DNA of 64,000 bases from Octopus sinensis (lineage: Eukaryota), in contig NC_043002.1 in NCBI RefSeq assembly GCF_006345805.1, positions 50,840,001 to 50,904,000 on the forward strand, read 5' to 3'. The position numbers and the translations under genes were made by a program. Shown piece after piece: positions 37,855-51,145 of the stretch. The first letter of the stretch is position 1; each line of letters starts with the position of its first letter. Under the pieces are notes generated by a model. It did not search any database and was not told where the DNA came from. It was given only the letters and a program-made list of their open reading frames with translations.

Positions 37855-38140
37855 GGTGGTGGTGGTGGTAGTGGTGGTTTTGATAGTTGTAATAATTGTG
37901 GTAGTGGTGATGACAGAAGTAGAAGTATTGGTGGTGAGGGTGGCGGCGGCGGCAGTAGTATAAGTTGTGGCAGTAGCGGTGGTGGTAGTAGTAGTATTAA
38001 TAATAATAATGGTGATGGCTTTGTTATTTGTGGTAGTGGTGATGATGGTAATAGAGGATGAAGTGGTGTTTGTGATAGCAGCAGCAGCAGTAGCGGCAGC
38101 AGTAGTGGTAGTAGTAGTTGCAGCAGCAGCAGCAGTAGTA

Positions 38141-38184
<44 letters not shown>

Positions 38185-38220
38185 TGTTGTTGTTGTTGTT
38201 TGGTGTGGTTGTTTCTTACT
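37430..38220. repeat. (AGC/AGT/GGT)n low-complexity tract
   Basis: Direct inspection. Confidence 0.9.
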
Positions 38221-38247
38221 GTTGCTGTTAGAACCATAATTTAAGAC

Positions 38248-38490
38248 GGAGAGCTGGCGGTATCGTTAGCACGCCGAGCAAAATGCTCAGCGATATTTCG
38301 TCCGTCTTCACGTTCTGAGTTCAAATTCCACCGAGGTCGCCTTTGCCTTTCATTCCTTTTGGTGTCGATAAAATAAAAACCAGTAGAGTAGATGTAGTGG
38401 CAATAATTTAGGATCGAAACAAATATCAACTTGGCTCCTGACCTATAACAGCTGAGCTTGTGGTAAACTTTGAGACCAATGTTGGTATCA
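38248..38490 (+). mobile_element. tRNA-SINE, third family, near full-length
   Basis: gagctggcggtatcgttagcacgccg...gttctgagttcaaattccaccgaggtcgcctttgcctttc...gtcgataaaataa. Confidence 0.8.
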
Positions 38491-38741
38491 TAATTATAGT
38501 TATAATGTACGTTGGTGGTGGGAAGTACAGAAGCGCAACTGAAAAGCTAGCAAAACTAGACTTTCAGTACTGAGTTCAAATCTCGCCGATATCAAATTTC
38601 TCCTTTCATGAATTATCTTGTTACGGATTATTCAAAATTATAACCGATACCTGGGTAGCAAAAATCACAACAGAAAATTCACGGTTGAGGTTACGACCAT
38701 GGGGTATCGCAACCGTGCCTTAGTGCGGATAATTGAAGTTT

Positions 38742-39123
38742 TATATTTAGTGAGGGAAGAAATGGAGCTGAACGAAGATTTTACAAAATTCCTTTTTATT
38801 ATTTTCTACACATGTTTCAAAGGCTGCAAATTCCCTAATTCGGATTGAATAAGGAGACCATTTTGCTGCATTCTCTTGTTAGAATGTGCCAGTCTTGTGC
38901 CATTCATACCATGGGCTCCTAGGGAGCGTTTGTTCGAAAAGCTTGCTGCGCATTTGTTTTGGAGATTTAAGTTCCTGGATTTTCCTGAAGAGAATGCTGC
39001 AAAATGGTCTCCTTATTCAACCCGAATTAGGGAATTTGCAGCCTTTGAAACATGTGTAGAAAATAATAAAAAGGAATTTTGTAAAATCTTCGTTCAGCTC
39101 CATTTCTTCCCTCACTAAATATA
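38742..39123. repeat. Young inverted repeat: 136-bp arms (2 mismatches), 110-bp spacer
   Basis: 38742-38877 vs reverse complement of 38988-39123. The right arm runs into (AT)n. Confidence 0.95.
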
Positions 39124-39124
39124 T

Positions 39125-39183
<59 letters not shown>

Positions 39184-41016
39184 CACCTACATATATATAT
39201 ATATATACACCTACATATATATATATATATATACATCTACATATACACATGCACACACGAAAGCTTCCTTACAGTTTTCGTCTACCGAATTCACTCAGAA
39301 GGTACCAGCTGGCTCGGGGCAGTAAGTGGTACTGACTATGTCAAAGCTATACGTTGAAATTATAGTACTGTCAGAATGCTTGTTTCACTTGTCGAAATCA
39401 AAAGCATTTCCAGATCTCTGATCGACAAAAGTAGCAACAATGACAAAAACAACTAACACAATTTAAAGGACTGAGCAGAAAAAAATCTAACATCCCCCGA
39501 AGAATAGTTGGAATAGGAAAGTATGTACATTATGTTGTGATTGTCATCATCCCGTTCTTAACTTCTGGTCTGTCAAAAATAGAACAGCAACAAAGTTCAC
39601 AAGACATAAAAGCGAGGCAGCATCTCATCACTGATCAGTGCCAGTTCCAAATGTTTCTTTGCGGCAAAGCCTCAGCCATGTATTTCAGTGGTAAATTCTA
39701 TTACCGCATTATATCACTAGGTGAAAGAGACAGATTTCAGGAACATGAACTTGATTGCGGTAAAGAAAGATGTAAAACACCAAGCTGTAAAAGGGTTAGA
39801 TTATTCTAAGAATAAAAGAATTCTAAAGAATGGCAAATAACCTTTGATCCTTTACCGAAAGATATTGACAGTGGCTCAAAAAGTGTTATATAGATGTAGG
39901 GATATTTTATTAGCTGTGTCAACGAGTAAATCTGAAGTCTCATGTTTCATTGATATGTAAGAATGCAAACACCAGGTAACATATTGTCATTTATTCTTTT
40001 AACTGTATGATTGGTTTGAGCAATGAAGGAAGGAATCATTTGACTTATTTTAATAGCAATTAGGGCGTCTAGCGTTACCAACACACTATTGATAGAGAGA
40101 GATTTTAGGTTCACAACAGTTACACATTCTTTGGTCGGAGTATCTGTGTTCCTTCAGAAAGATCCAGACAAAGATAGGGGTTATTTTTAGTACTATAACT
40201 GGTCAATAATTTTAGATGTTCATAGCTGTAAAATATACGCTCAAAGCTAGAAGCCCTTTTTATTGTGACGTGCAATGGATGGCCAAATTTTTTCAGACAG
40301 ATGGAAATAGTCTTGAAAACACTGAAACTATTAGAGTTAATAAAGAACCGAGTAGATAAAATTGTGTTAAGATATCAAATAAGATTTATAAGAAGCTCTT
40401 CAATCTCTTTAGATAGTACGAAACAGATATTGAACAGATTTCCTGAATACGCTGGTGAAAACATGAATAATTGACAGTGGGTCACCCAAATGATATTTAG
40501 ATTGTATATTAACGTTTGATGTTGCCGCTAATTTGTGCTAAGAATTTTCTGAATTAGAAAATAGTGGGGTAAAATAGAGTGTTCCAATTCATGAGCAGTT
40601 GTAAGTGGCACAGTCAATACTAATAAGATCTCTAAACAGAGAATCTTTTACAGAAAATATCGACACAACAATGATTCAATGAGGTGAGATCCATAGCCAG
40701 ACAAAGAACATTTATATAACATATTTTATAGGAATTCAATAGAAAGACGAGACGAGCCAGATGGAATGAGGCATCTGTACGTTCCCTGGATTAAAGTAAC
40801 ATATGCTTGTACATCAAATATCCCACTCCCTAAGCATCAGTAACTGGAATCCAGAGAGGAATAGTGCAAGATGATAGGCAGGTACATTAACTGCGTGTTT
40901 AATAACAAGGTGCCGTCTCTTAGAATTTTCCCACCAAAGGATATTTATATGTCAGGAGGGATATAAAGAAAGCATATTTGTACACTGTTGGATAGCAGTT
41001 GAGTATAATGACTCCA

Positions 41017-41900
41017 AAGTCCAACCGTTCTCATCACCGTGGTGCTGGGGGTGGCAACGGCGTATGGCAAGTATGCTGGCTAAACGGCTATGGCCTGGGG
41101 AAAGACCTGGTAACCTACACCAGTATCTTGGCCAATATACCCTATGGATCAAAAGTGTAAGAATTCTAATATGATGGTACCAAGCGGTGGGACCCCCGGA
41201 CTGCGAGGTCCCACATTGGCTACTGAGGAAGAGCGCAAAGATAATCAAAATAGCGGCGATACTGATGACGCGGATGGGACAAAACCTTCTGGACACCTGC
41301 CTGCTGATGTAGCCACCAGCGAACTGAGATCCCTGCGCGGCACAAAACTCACGAAAATTGGAACATGGAACGTAAGGGGGATGAACATTGGGAAGTTGGA
41401 CACCACCAAGAAAGAAATGAATCGATTAAACATCGGTATCCTAGGAGTCAGCGAAGTTCATTGGACTGGCAATGGTTTCTTCAACTCTGGTGATCATACA
41501 ATGTACTTTTCGGGCAATAGTAAGGCCAGACAACATGGAGTGGGATTTGTTCTATACAAGAAAATATCCAAGTGTGTTGAAAGTTGCCAGACCATCAGTG
41601 ATCGAGTAATTACCATTCGCATCAAAGCCAAACCCAACAACATCATATTGCTACAAATCTACGCACCAATTTTGGTCATATTATGCGGTGAAAATCCCTG
41701 GAGAAGGATATCATGCTCGGAATGGTCAGTGGCAAGAGAGGAAGAGGCCGACCAAGAACCTGCTGGCTTGACACCATCAATAGTAACACGGGAATGACCA
41801 TGGCCAATCTGAAAGAAGCGACCCACGATAGAACTGGCTGGAGAACACTGATCCATCGAGTAACCGAGAGTCGACTTCGACTGATCGGATAGATATATAG
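41017..41900 (+). mobile_element. Internally deleted RTE (BovB-like) LINE: 5' UTR and APE N-terminus joined to the extreme 3' end
   Basis: ORF 41144-41669 KIGTWNVRGM..LGVSEVHWTG..GVGF..SDRVITIRI..LQIYAP, then a frame switch at 41671 to FGHIMR*KSLEKDIMLGMVSGKRGRGRPRTCWLDTI..DRTGWRTLIHRVTESRLRL, and a short ATAG tail. The 5' boundary is approximate. Confidence 0.92.
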
Positions 41901-42030
41901 ATCATGACTTCATTCGCTCTTTAACGGATTTTTCTTTTTATGTTACAGAGTGTCGACGACCTGAACATGCAAAAGTTTGTTCGTGTTAGGATTCATGTCA
42001 TCAGTAATTCACTAGAATGGGTTGACATGC

Positions 42031-42118
<88 letters not shown>

Positions 42119-42164
42119 GTCTATCTATCTATATATCTATCTATCTTTATACATATTTATATGC

Positions 42165-42480
42165 GTGGCACCTTGAGCAAGTGTCTTCTACTATAGCTCG
42201 GGCCAACCAAAGCCTTGCGAGTGGATTTGGTAAACGGAAGCTGAAAGAAGCTCGTCATATATATGTATATATATATATGTATGTGTGTATATGTTTGTGT
42301 GTTTGTGTGTTTGTCCCCCCCATGCTGGTGTGTTTACGTTGACGTAACTTAGCGGTTCAGCAAAAGAGACCGATAGAATAAGTACTAGGCTTAGAAAGTC
42401 CTGGGGTCGATTTGGTAGACTAAAGACGATGCTCCAGCATGGCTGCAGTCAAATGATTGAAACAAGTAAAAGAGTATATA
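42165..42480 (+). mobile_element. CORE-like SINE, 5'-truncated, with internal microsatellite
   Basis: gcgtggcaccttgagcaagtgtcttctactatag ... gatgctccagcatggctgcagtcaaatgattgaaacaagtaaaaga. Confidence 0.85.
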
Positions 42481-42492
42481 TATATATTTGTG

Positions 42493-42524
<32 letters not shown>

Positions 42525-42636
42525 ACTGTAAACAAGGGAGAGAGGATTGAACAAACACTCTCAATTGCATAAAACTACAATGATCATAACCAGATTAAAT
42601 TTATATATACGTGTGTGTGTATATACGTAAATATAT

Positions 42637-42811
42637 ATCACGTGATCAAGTGACCGACCAAGCTGTTAGATGTGGTTATTCATCGCTCGTCACAATGCAT
42701 TGTTTTAGCCTTCAATGACGTCAAAACACGCCGCCCATTCAGGGAATCGAACCCACGATCTGGCGATCATGATTGCAATAGCCAAAGTACTAGGCCACGC
42801 GCTTTCACACG

Positions 42812-42860
<49 letters not shown>

Positions 42861-43173
42861 TATATATATCACGTGATCACGTGACCGACCAGACCATCAG
42901 ATGTTGCTACACATCGCTGGTCACAATGCGCTTCGCATTGTTTTAGCCTTCGAATGACGCCACCTCGCTGGCTAAGCGAGCAGGCCAACGGAAGAAAGAG
43001 TGAGAGAAAGTTGTGGTGAAAGAGTACGGCAGGGATCACCACCCCCTGCCGGAGCCTCGTGGAGCTTTCAGGTGATTTGGCTCAATAGACACTCACAACG
43101 CCCGGTCTAGGAATCGAAACCGCGATACTACGATCGCGAGTCCGCTGCCCTAACCACTGGGCCATTGCGCCTC
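42637..43173 (-). mobile_element. Two tandem copies of the second tRNA-SINE family (42637-42790 degenerate; 42868-43173 full-length)
   Basis: Reverse complement of ggcgcaatggcccagtggttagggcagcggactcgcg...ggtcggtcacgtgatcacgtgat. Confidence 0.88.
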
Positions 43174-43179
43174 CACACT

Positions 43180-43222
<43 letters not shown>

Positions 43223-43266
43223 GTTATATATATATATAATATATATTTGTATATATATATGTATAT

Positions 43267-43300
<34 letters not shown>

Positions 43301-43317
43301 ATATAGATATGTGTATA

Positions 43318-43356
<39 letters not shown>

Positions 43357-43608
43357 TGTATATATATGTAAATGCATATATGTATACATACAACACACAC
43401 ATACATACATGCATACATACATACATACATCCAAACACACACACGTACGCACACACATACACACACACTTATATATAAATACATGCACACATACGTACGC
43501 CTATGTGTGTGTCTGCATGCTTGAAAAGTGAGTAATACAGATTTCCGTCATATACGGCAATAATATGTATTTGAATTGTTATGTACTCTTTTTAATGAAT
43601 GTACATAA

Positions 43609-43651
<43 letters not shown>

Positions 43652-43780
43652 GGTCCCGGGTTGATTCGGGGTTAAATATATATATATATATATATATATT
43701 TACGCTTATATACATATCAATGCATGTAGATATGTATATAAATATGTGTGTATATCTATGTATGTATGCCTCTATGTATA

Positions 43781-43828
<48 letters not shown>

Positions 43829-44487
43829 ATATATTTATACATACATACATACATATATATATCTGAACACATGCATCCATAATATATTAGGTGTAGGTAA
43901 AGAGCGCAATGTATGGAAGCATAATCCTGCATTGTTTTCGAAGATATGGAGTTATTTTTATGTTTTTGCCTTTCTTCTACTTCCTTCTTGAAGAATCCAT
44001 TATACTGCGATAGATTTAACGCCTACAAAATGGCTTAATACTCCGAATACAGACGGCATATGATTGCTATAAAAAGGAAAATCATCAAAATGACCTCTTC
44101 GCTAATTCTGCAACCTTTCACGAGTCAAACAGTCTTATATAAAACCGCTTACCATGATTTAATATAATAAATCTGTATGGCTGATATCTTAAAATTAGTT
44201 AATAGCACAAAAAACGGGAAGTGAATTTCAAATGTCTTTTCAAAATGGTGGCTAACCTAAAACAGCATTCGAATTTCGACTTCCACACTTTTCTCTCTAT
44301 TCCTCTCTCTTTCTCTCTCTCTTCCCCCTCTCTCTCTTTATTTACATATTTATCTTTGAATCTTTCTGTACTGAACTTCTCTCCCTATGTGTTTTTGTTC
44401 TCTCTTATTTAACGCTATCCCTGTTTTCTGTAATTTTACATTATTTCTCCTTTTCTTTCGCTTTTTCTTTTTCTTTCCCTCTCTCAG

Positions 44488-44828
<341 letters not shown>

Positions 44829-45364
44829 ATTTTCCCATTCGTTCTATAATCATCACATTCAGCTCTCAACTCTATCTTTCGCTCTCTCTTTATCTCTCTC
44901 TCTCTTTTTCTCTCTCTCCTCGCCACTCTCGATTTTCATTATTTTTCAATCCAGTACTGCATTTGGACTACTGCTGCTGTGGTTGTTGTTGTTGTTGCTG
45001 TTTCCTGTTATTGTCAACGTGCTTTTTTTTTTTATTTACCCTTGTTTTGATCGGCATCATTCTCGTCGTCAAACTTGTTGATATTGTGAATATAGCTGTT
45101 GCTGTTTTTGTGGCTTTGCTTGTTGCATTTGTTTTGTTGTTGTGGTGGTGTTGGAGGTGTTGGTGGTGTTGGTGATGATGACGGCAACGATGCCGATGAC
45201 GACGCTTTTGATTGCTGTAATGATAATGTTTTTTTTTCTTTACGTTTCCTTCTGAAAAATATTTATTTTAATTTTTTTTGGGGGGTTTTGGTTTTGGTTA
45301 ACAAAGAAATTAAAATTGAATCTTTCAAATATTTTATTATTTTATGATAAGGGATCGTGAAATT

Positions 45365-45478
45365 AATGATAATAATAATACTAGAAGGATGATGATGACG
45401 ATGATGATGACGATGATAATAAGAATAAGAATAAGAACAACAGCAACAACAATAATAGTAATAATAAAAATACTACTA

Positions 45479-45538
<60 letters not shown>

Positions 45539-45800
45539 ATAATAATAATAATAATAATAATAATAAGAAGAAGAAGAAGAAGAAGAAGAGAAAGTGTTGG
45601 AAAAAAGAAGAAATAGAAACGAAAAAGAAATAAAAGTGAAAGGAATAATAGAAGAGAAAAAAAAGAAGAGAAGAAGAAGAAGAAGAAGAAGAAGAAGAAG
45701 AAGAGAAGAAGAAGAAGAAAGAAGAAGAAGAAGAAGAAGAAGAAGAAGAAGAAGATGATGATGATGATATGATGATGATGATGATGATGATGATAATGAT
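45365..45800. repeat. Compound (GAT)(CTA)(AAT)(AAG)n tract
   Basis: Direct inspection. Confidence 0.95.
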
Positions 45801-46712
45801 GAAAATACATATTACAAAAAAGACTCAAAACTGACGATGGAAAGAAAAGAAAACCAAAAGCTAACAAAAGAAAAAAAACAGAAAACGAATGAAAGATATC
45901 AGAAATGTAATAACGAACATTATGCACCAGCTGAAACTGTAAAGTAAGCCAACAAGAAGAAAAGTAAGGTGCCTTGAAAACGCGCCGAAAATCCTACATC
46001 AATATAGTAAATATGCTGAATAGAGCAACCTTGTTTGAAGGTCCGGCTTTAGAACTGATTTATCAATTTCATGTCATTTTAACACAGAGTTAAATATAAC
46101 GAGAAAAATAACGGTAGATAAATGCATGAAAAATAGAAAAAAGTCTCGAAAATAAATTTTGAAGAAAAATGTAAGAAAAAAAAAAAAATAATGTAATAAT
46201 AATACATGAAATGGAAAAGAAAAATATGGAATATTCGGAGAAGAATTGATGGAGTAAATGAGCAAAAAAAGAAAAAGGAAAAGAATAATAAAATAAATAA
46301 ATGAAGAAAGGGAATGATTAAAAGAAAACTTCTCTCTTAAAATGGCTGCGTAAGAATAAGAAACGGAGGAAAGAGACGAGTGGGTTTCAAGTAGGGAGAA
46401 AAGTAGAAGGTGTGTGTGTGTGAGTGTGTGAGTGTGTGTGTGTGTGTGTGCGTGTGTGTGTGTATGTGTGTGCAATGAGAAATAGTGGATGGCGGAGTGA
46501 TAAAGAAGGGTAAGAAGCAGAACGATGAAATTATAAACATATGGATGGCGAAAATATAATAAAACTCATGATGATGATGATGATGATGACAATAGTGAGA
46601 AGGATGACAAGGAAATAGTAATAATAATAATAATAATAACAATAATAATAATAATAATAATAATAATGATAATAATAATAATAATAATAATAATAATATA
46701 ATAATAATAAAT

Positions 46713-47267
46713 ATGCTCTGATGCAGTACCAGGCAGTGGCTCTCATGGCTCCTGATCTTAACTGATTGGAAGTGTTATCATGTACATTGTTTTGTCTTGG
46801 TATAAAAGATGGGCTACAGCAAATATTCTGCTCAATACCACAGAATTGCTTGTCAGTTGTTTGACCTTAACCAGTTGAGCATGTCCCTTAGTGGCTGGCG
46901 ATATGTGCATTTCTGATCACGAGCAGAAGTAGTGGGGGAGCATCATAGCCATGTGTTGAGAGGGATTATTTGGGGCTTTAATAATTCACCTCTGGAAACA
47001 TGGGTGGTTCTTTCAACATCCTTAAACAACCCTTATTCAGGGACCTTTTGAGCAGGATGGGCTACTCAACCTGAAGAAAATTCTAACTGGGCCCCACCTG
47101 CAAGGTCATGTGCTGTTTATCTTGATATGAGATCACCATGTCGCGCACATATGGTTGTGATGCATGTGCCTGGTGTACCCTTATCAGACGGGTAGTAATG
47201 ATGGGTATATTGGGCTTCGTATATTTTACCCCAGTGTTACTTTGATGGCTGAACTGCTCTCTCACTC
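46713..47267 (+). mobile_element. ~555-bp non-coding retroposon-like element embedded in (AAT)n, copy 1
   Basis: (AAT)n on both sides and colinear with copy 2. Orientation is assumed from the AAT tail. Confidence 0.8.
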
Positions 47268-47338
<71 letters not shown>

Positions 47339-47340
<2 letters not shown>

Positions 47341-47900
47341 GTCCTTATGCAGTACCAGGCACTAGCTCATGGCTTCTCGTCTTAGCTGATTGGAAGTGTT
47401 GTCATGTACATTGTTTCGTCTTGGTACAAAAGATGGGCTACAGCAAATATTCTGCTCAATACTACGGCTTTGCTTGTCAGTTTTTTTTACCTTAACCAGT
47501 CTTGCATGTCTCTTGATGATTGACGATATGTGCATCTCTGATCACGAACACGAGTAGAAGTAGTGGGGAGCATCATAGCCATGTTTTGAGAAGAATTCTT
47601 TCGGGTTCGAATTATTTACCTCTGGAAACATGGGTTGAATTATTCACCTCCTGAAATAACCCTTATTCAGGGACCTTTCGAGCAGGATGGGTTACTTAAC
47701 TTGAAGAAAATTCTAACTGGGATCCAACTGCATGGATATGCGCTGTTTATCTTGATGTGAGATCACAATGCCGCACACATATGGTTGTGATGCATGTGCT
47801 TGGTGTGCCCTTGTCAGACAAGTAGTTATGATGGGTATACTGGGCTTCGTATATTTAAACCCAGTGTCACTTTGATGACATGCAATGCTCTCTCTCTCTC
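47339..47900 (+). mobile_element. Same element, copy 2 (tandem)
   Basis: Same start (atg..atgcagtaccaggca) and same end (tgctctctc.ctc aat). A partial reverse copy lies at ~48775-48925. Confidence 0.8.
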
Positions 47901-48177
47901 AATAGCAACAACAACAACAACAATAATAATATAATAATAATAATCCTTTGTACTATAGTCACAAGGCCTGAAATTTGTGGTAAGGGGGTCAGTCGATTAT
48001 ATCGACCTCAGTACGCAACTGGTACCTAATTTGTTGAACTCCAAGGCAGAGTCCATCTAGACGGAAATTGAAATCAAAACTTTGCGACGGGTGAAATACC
48101 GCTAAGCATCTTGTCCAACGTGTGAACGATTCTTCCAGGCCGCCGCTTTTATAATAATATTAATAATAATAATAATA

Positions 48178-48209
<32 letters not shown>

Positions 48210-48215
48210 AATAAT

Positions 48216-48274
<59 letters not shown>

Positions 48275-50989
48275 TGATGTTTGTGACATAAGAACCTCAC
48301 ATATAGATGTGGGGAAGTTTGGGGAAGCGTAGTCGTTTATATCGATCTTAATACTTGACTAAAATTTCCTTTTATCGACTCTGGAAGAATAAAATGCAAA
48401 AGGTGGTCTTGATGAAATTGAGATGCAAAATCTAAAGAGCTGATGTAACGATTTGAGATTAACTCCACTCATTTTACCGTCCGGTAACTTGAAATCACGT
48501 TCACATTAACAGGGGTAGGATGAAATCGATTTTAAATTAACCACGGAGTATGTTGATATAAGTTCAACGATTTCAGATAACACTCCTGTAATCCTTCCCA
48601 AAAGTTCGACCCCTTGGAGAAAAATAAATAAATTATTACACTGTATAACACAATTTTTGTCCTTGAGTAACAACTCTTATTTCCAATTTGCTTACCCCGA
48701 GAAAGTATTAGAAATAGCTAATATTTCTTTCAGACTTTGCTTTTCTTACATATATTCAAACCCCAAACTATCCCTTTCGACACATGGGTATGATGCTCTT
48801 CTACTACTCCTATTCATGATCAAAGATGCACATATTGTCAACCACTAAGGGGCATACTCAAGTGGTTAAGGTCAAACAACTGACAAACAAATCTGTGGTA
48901 TTGATCAGAAAATTTGCTATAACGATATTTCTGCTTCAACAACACGGTGCTGGATCTACCTGAAATGTAATGGAATATAGGTAAGTGTCAAAACCATCAT
49001 GTCCAGGTCACAAAAGCAAGGACTGGAGTGAATTGTAGTCATTTCGTTTAGCTGGAAGCAAATAGGAAATAACACTTGCTGACCAAGGACAAACAAAAAA
49101 TAATTGCTACACTGTGTTATTACTGTCATTAACATTATTTTCCCTTGTAATTTATGATAACTAACGTAAGAATAATTTATAAGTCCCGAGGAAATAAAAA
49201 TTTGAAAAGTTTCTGCCCCGGAAATCAATGTGTAAGTGATTTCTCTCTGTGTATGCGTTAGGTACGCAAGTGTAAATCACAGAGAACGAGTTGGAGCTCT
49301 CACATATTGAGTTAAAGTCGAAAAAGTCGCTTTTAAATTGTATAAATATATGTTTTTATCTTGTAAATATATTTCGTTTACATTTAAAGTGTATGGATAT
49401 ATTTTGTCCTCTATATGAATATATTTCGTTTGCATTTGAGGCGTGTGTATTTATTTTATTTTGTATAACACATATTTCGATCGCATTTGAAATATGAAAA
49501 TATTTTTATAAATATATTTTATTTTTAATAAATTTGAATAGAAATAACAGTTTTAAATTAATAGAAAATAAAACAAGCTAATGCTTCCAAATGCAAACAA
49601 AATATATATTTACACACGTCAAATTCAAACGAAATATATCTATGGAAAAAGGAAAAAAAACTGTGATTACTCCTCTTATCCGAATCAATAAATAAAAACA
49701 CTATTTTTTATTTTTAAAATTACAAACTCAGAATCTTTGATTTCAAAATGTTTTTTAAAGGCATCGTAAAAATATTAGGGGATGTTTAAAAAATCCAGTA
49801 TTTTTTTAAACATTTTAAGATTAGTTCGCAATCTTGAATGTTATACTTGTTTAATGTTTAAGTGTGTCATGAGTTGTATACGTTAGAGTTTATCACTTTA
49901 GCGAAACTAGAGAAGGGGCAATGTGAAGAGTGCAAGGGTAATTACAGATGGGGCTGTGGATACCCCCGTGGGTAGTTTGAAAATGCTTCTACATTACCAA
50001 AAGGCAACTTAAAATCGGATGGAGTAACATGCAGTCCTTGCACCAGGAAAAATACTGAGAGGGTTTCGATCGACCTCCTAACGAATCTCTCAAAAAGAAT
50101 GCTTTCTAAAGAGAAAGAGAAAAGGTGAAGCCCACGCTTTTTGGTGTAGACGGATAATAGCTTATATTGACCTCAGTGCTTTATTGAAACTTTATATCAT
50201 CTCGTAACTGTGTAAAAATATTGGCTGAATGGAATTTGAACTCTGATACAATAGGGAAGCAGTCTAATATTTTTTACTAAACTAACTTCCTAATATTCTA
50301 AATTATAACAATGCCAATACTGCTTTCAAATTTTAGCACTAGGCCAGCAGTTTTAGGCGACGGGGATAGTCGATTACATCGGCCTCAGTGCGCAACTGGT
50401 ACTTATTTTATCGACTCTGAATGGATGCAAGGCAAAGTCGACCTCGGCGGATTTTTAATACAGAACTGCAAACGGGACGAAATGACGCTAAGCATTTTGC
50501 CTGGCAAACGAACGTTCCTACAAGCTTGCCGCCTTAATAAATACAATCATATTATGATTTGGAGATTGATCACAAATCTGATAAAAAAGTGGTTGAATTG
50601 TTAAACGTTATGCAATACTTGTTTCACACCTGTCGATTGGGTGCCATTAAGCGAATTCACGCCGTTGCAAGCATGTAAGTTTAGCACTGACCTTCTTCAT
50701 GTAAGTAAGCGATTAAAAATAAATTAGATCGTAAATGAAGAAACTGTACACAGGTTTTAGTGAAATTAATGGAGTAGATATAAAGATATATAAATAGCTG
50801 CGAAATATATATCTATTTCGAGGAATGAACATCCAGCAATTCGAACAACTGGACAGGCTGGTCATTAAATTGGCGTGTGATGTAGGCGAATATTGCACAA
50901 ATATGAGTACTCTTAACCTAACTGTCATAAAGAATGAGCATGAAACAATTGTGATGTGAATGGACCTTGAATTTCGGATATAGCACATT

Positions 50990-51145
50990 TGACAGGCTTC
51001 CGTATGATTTCGTCTGTCCAAATTCAACCACAAAGTTTTGGTCGAAACCTAAGCTATGATAAATGCGTTTGCCCAAAGTGCCGTAGAGTGAGTTTGAATC
51101 CAGGACCTTTCGGTTGTGAGTTGAGCTTCTTAACGACTCTGCCAT
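50990..51145 (-). mobile_element. CORE-like SINE 5' fragment
   Basis: caggcttccgtatgatttcgtctgtccaaattcaaccacaaag...ttgcccaaagtgccg. Confidence 0.55.

Noticed and set aside
37427-38239. Poly-V/Q/S/G ORFs
   Set aside because: Trinucleotide low-complexity sequence, open in several frames, with no splice or domain support.
49901-49936. 36-nt AG/GT-bounded micro-exon candidate encoding KLEKGQCEECK
   Set aside because: Weak polypyrimidine tract and no partner exons, so expected by chance in 64 kb.
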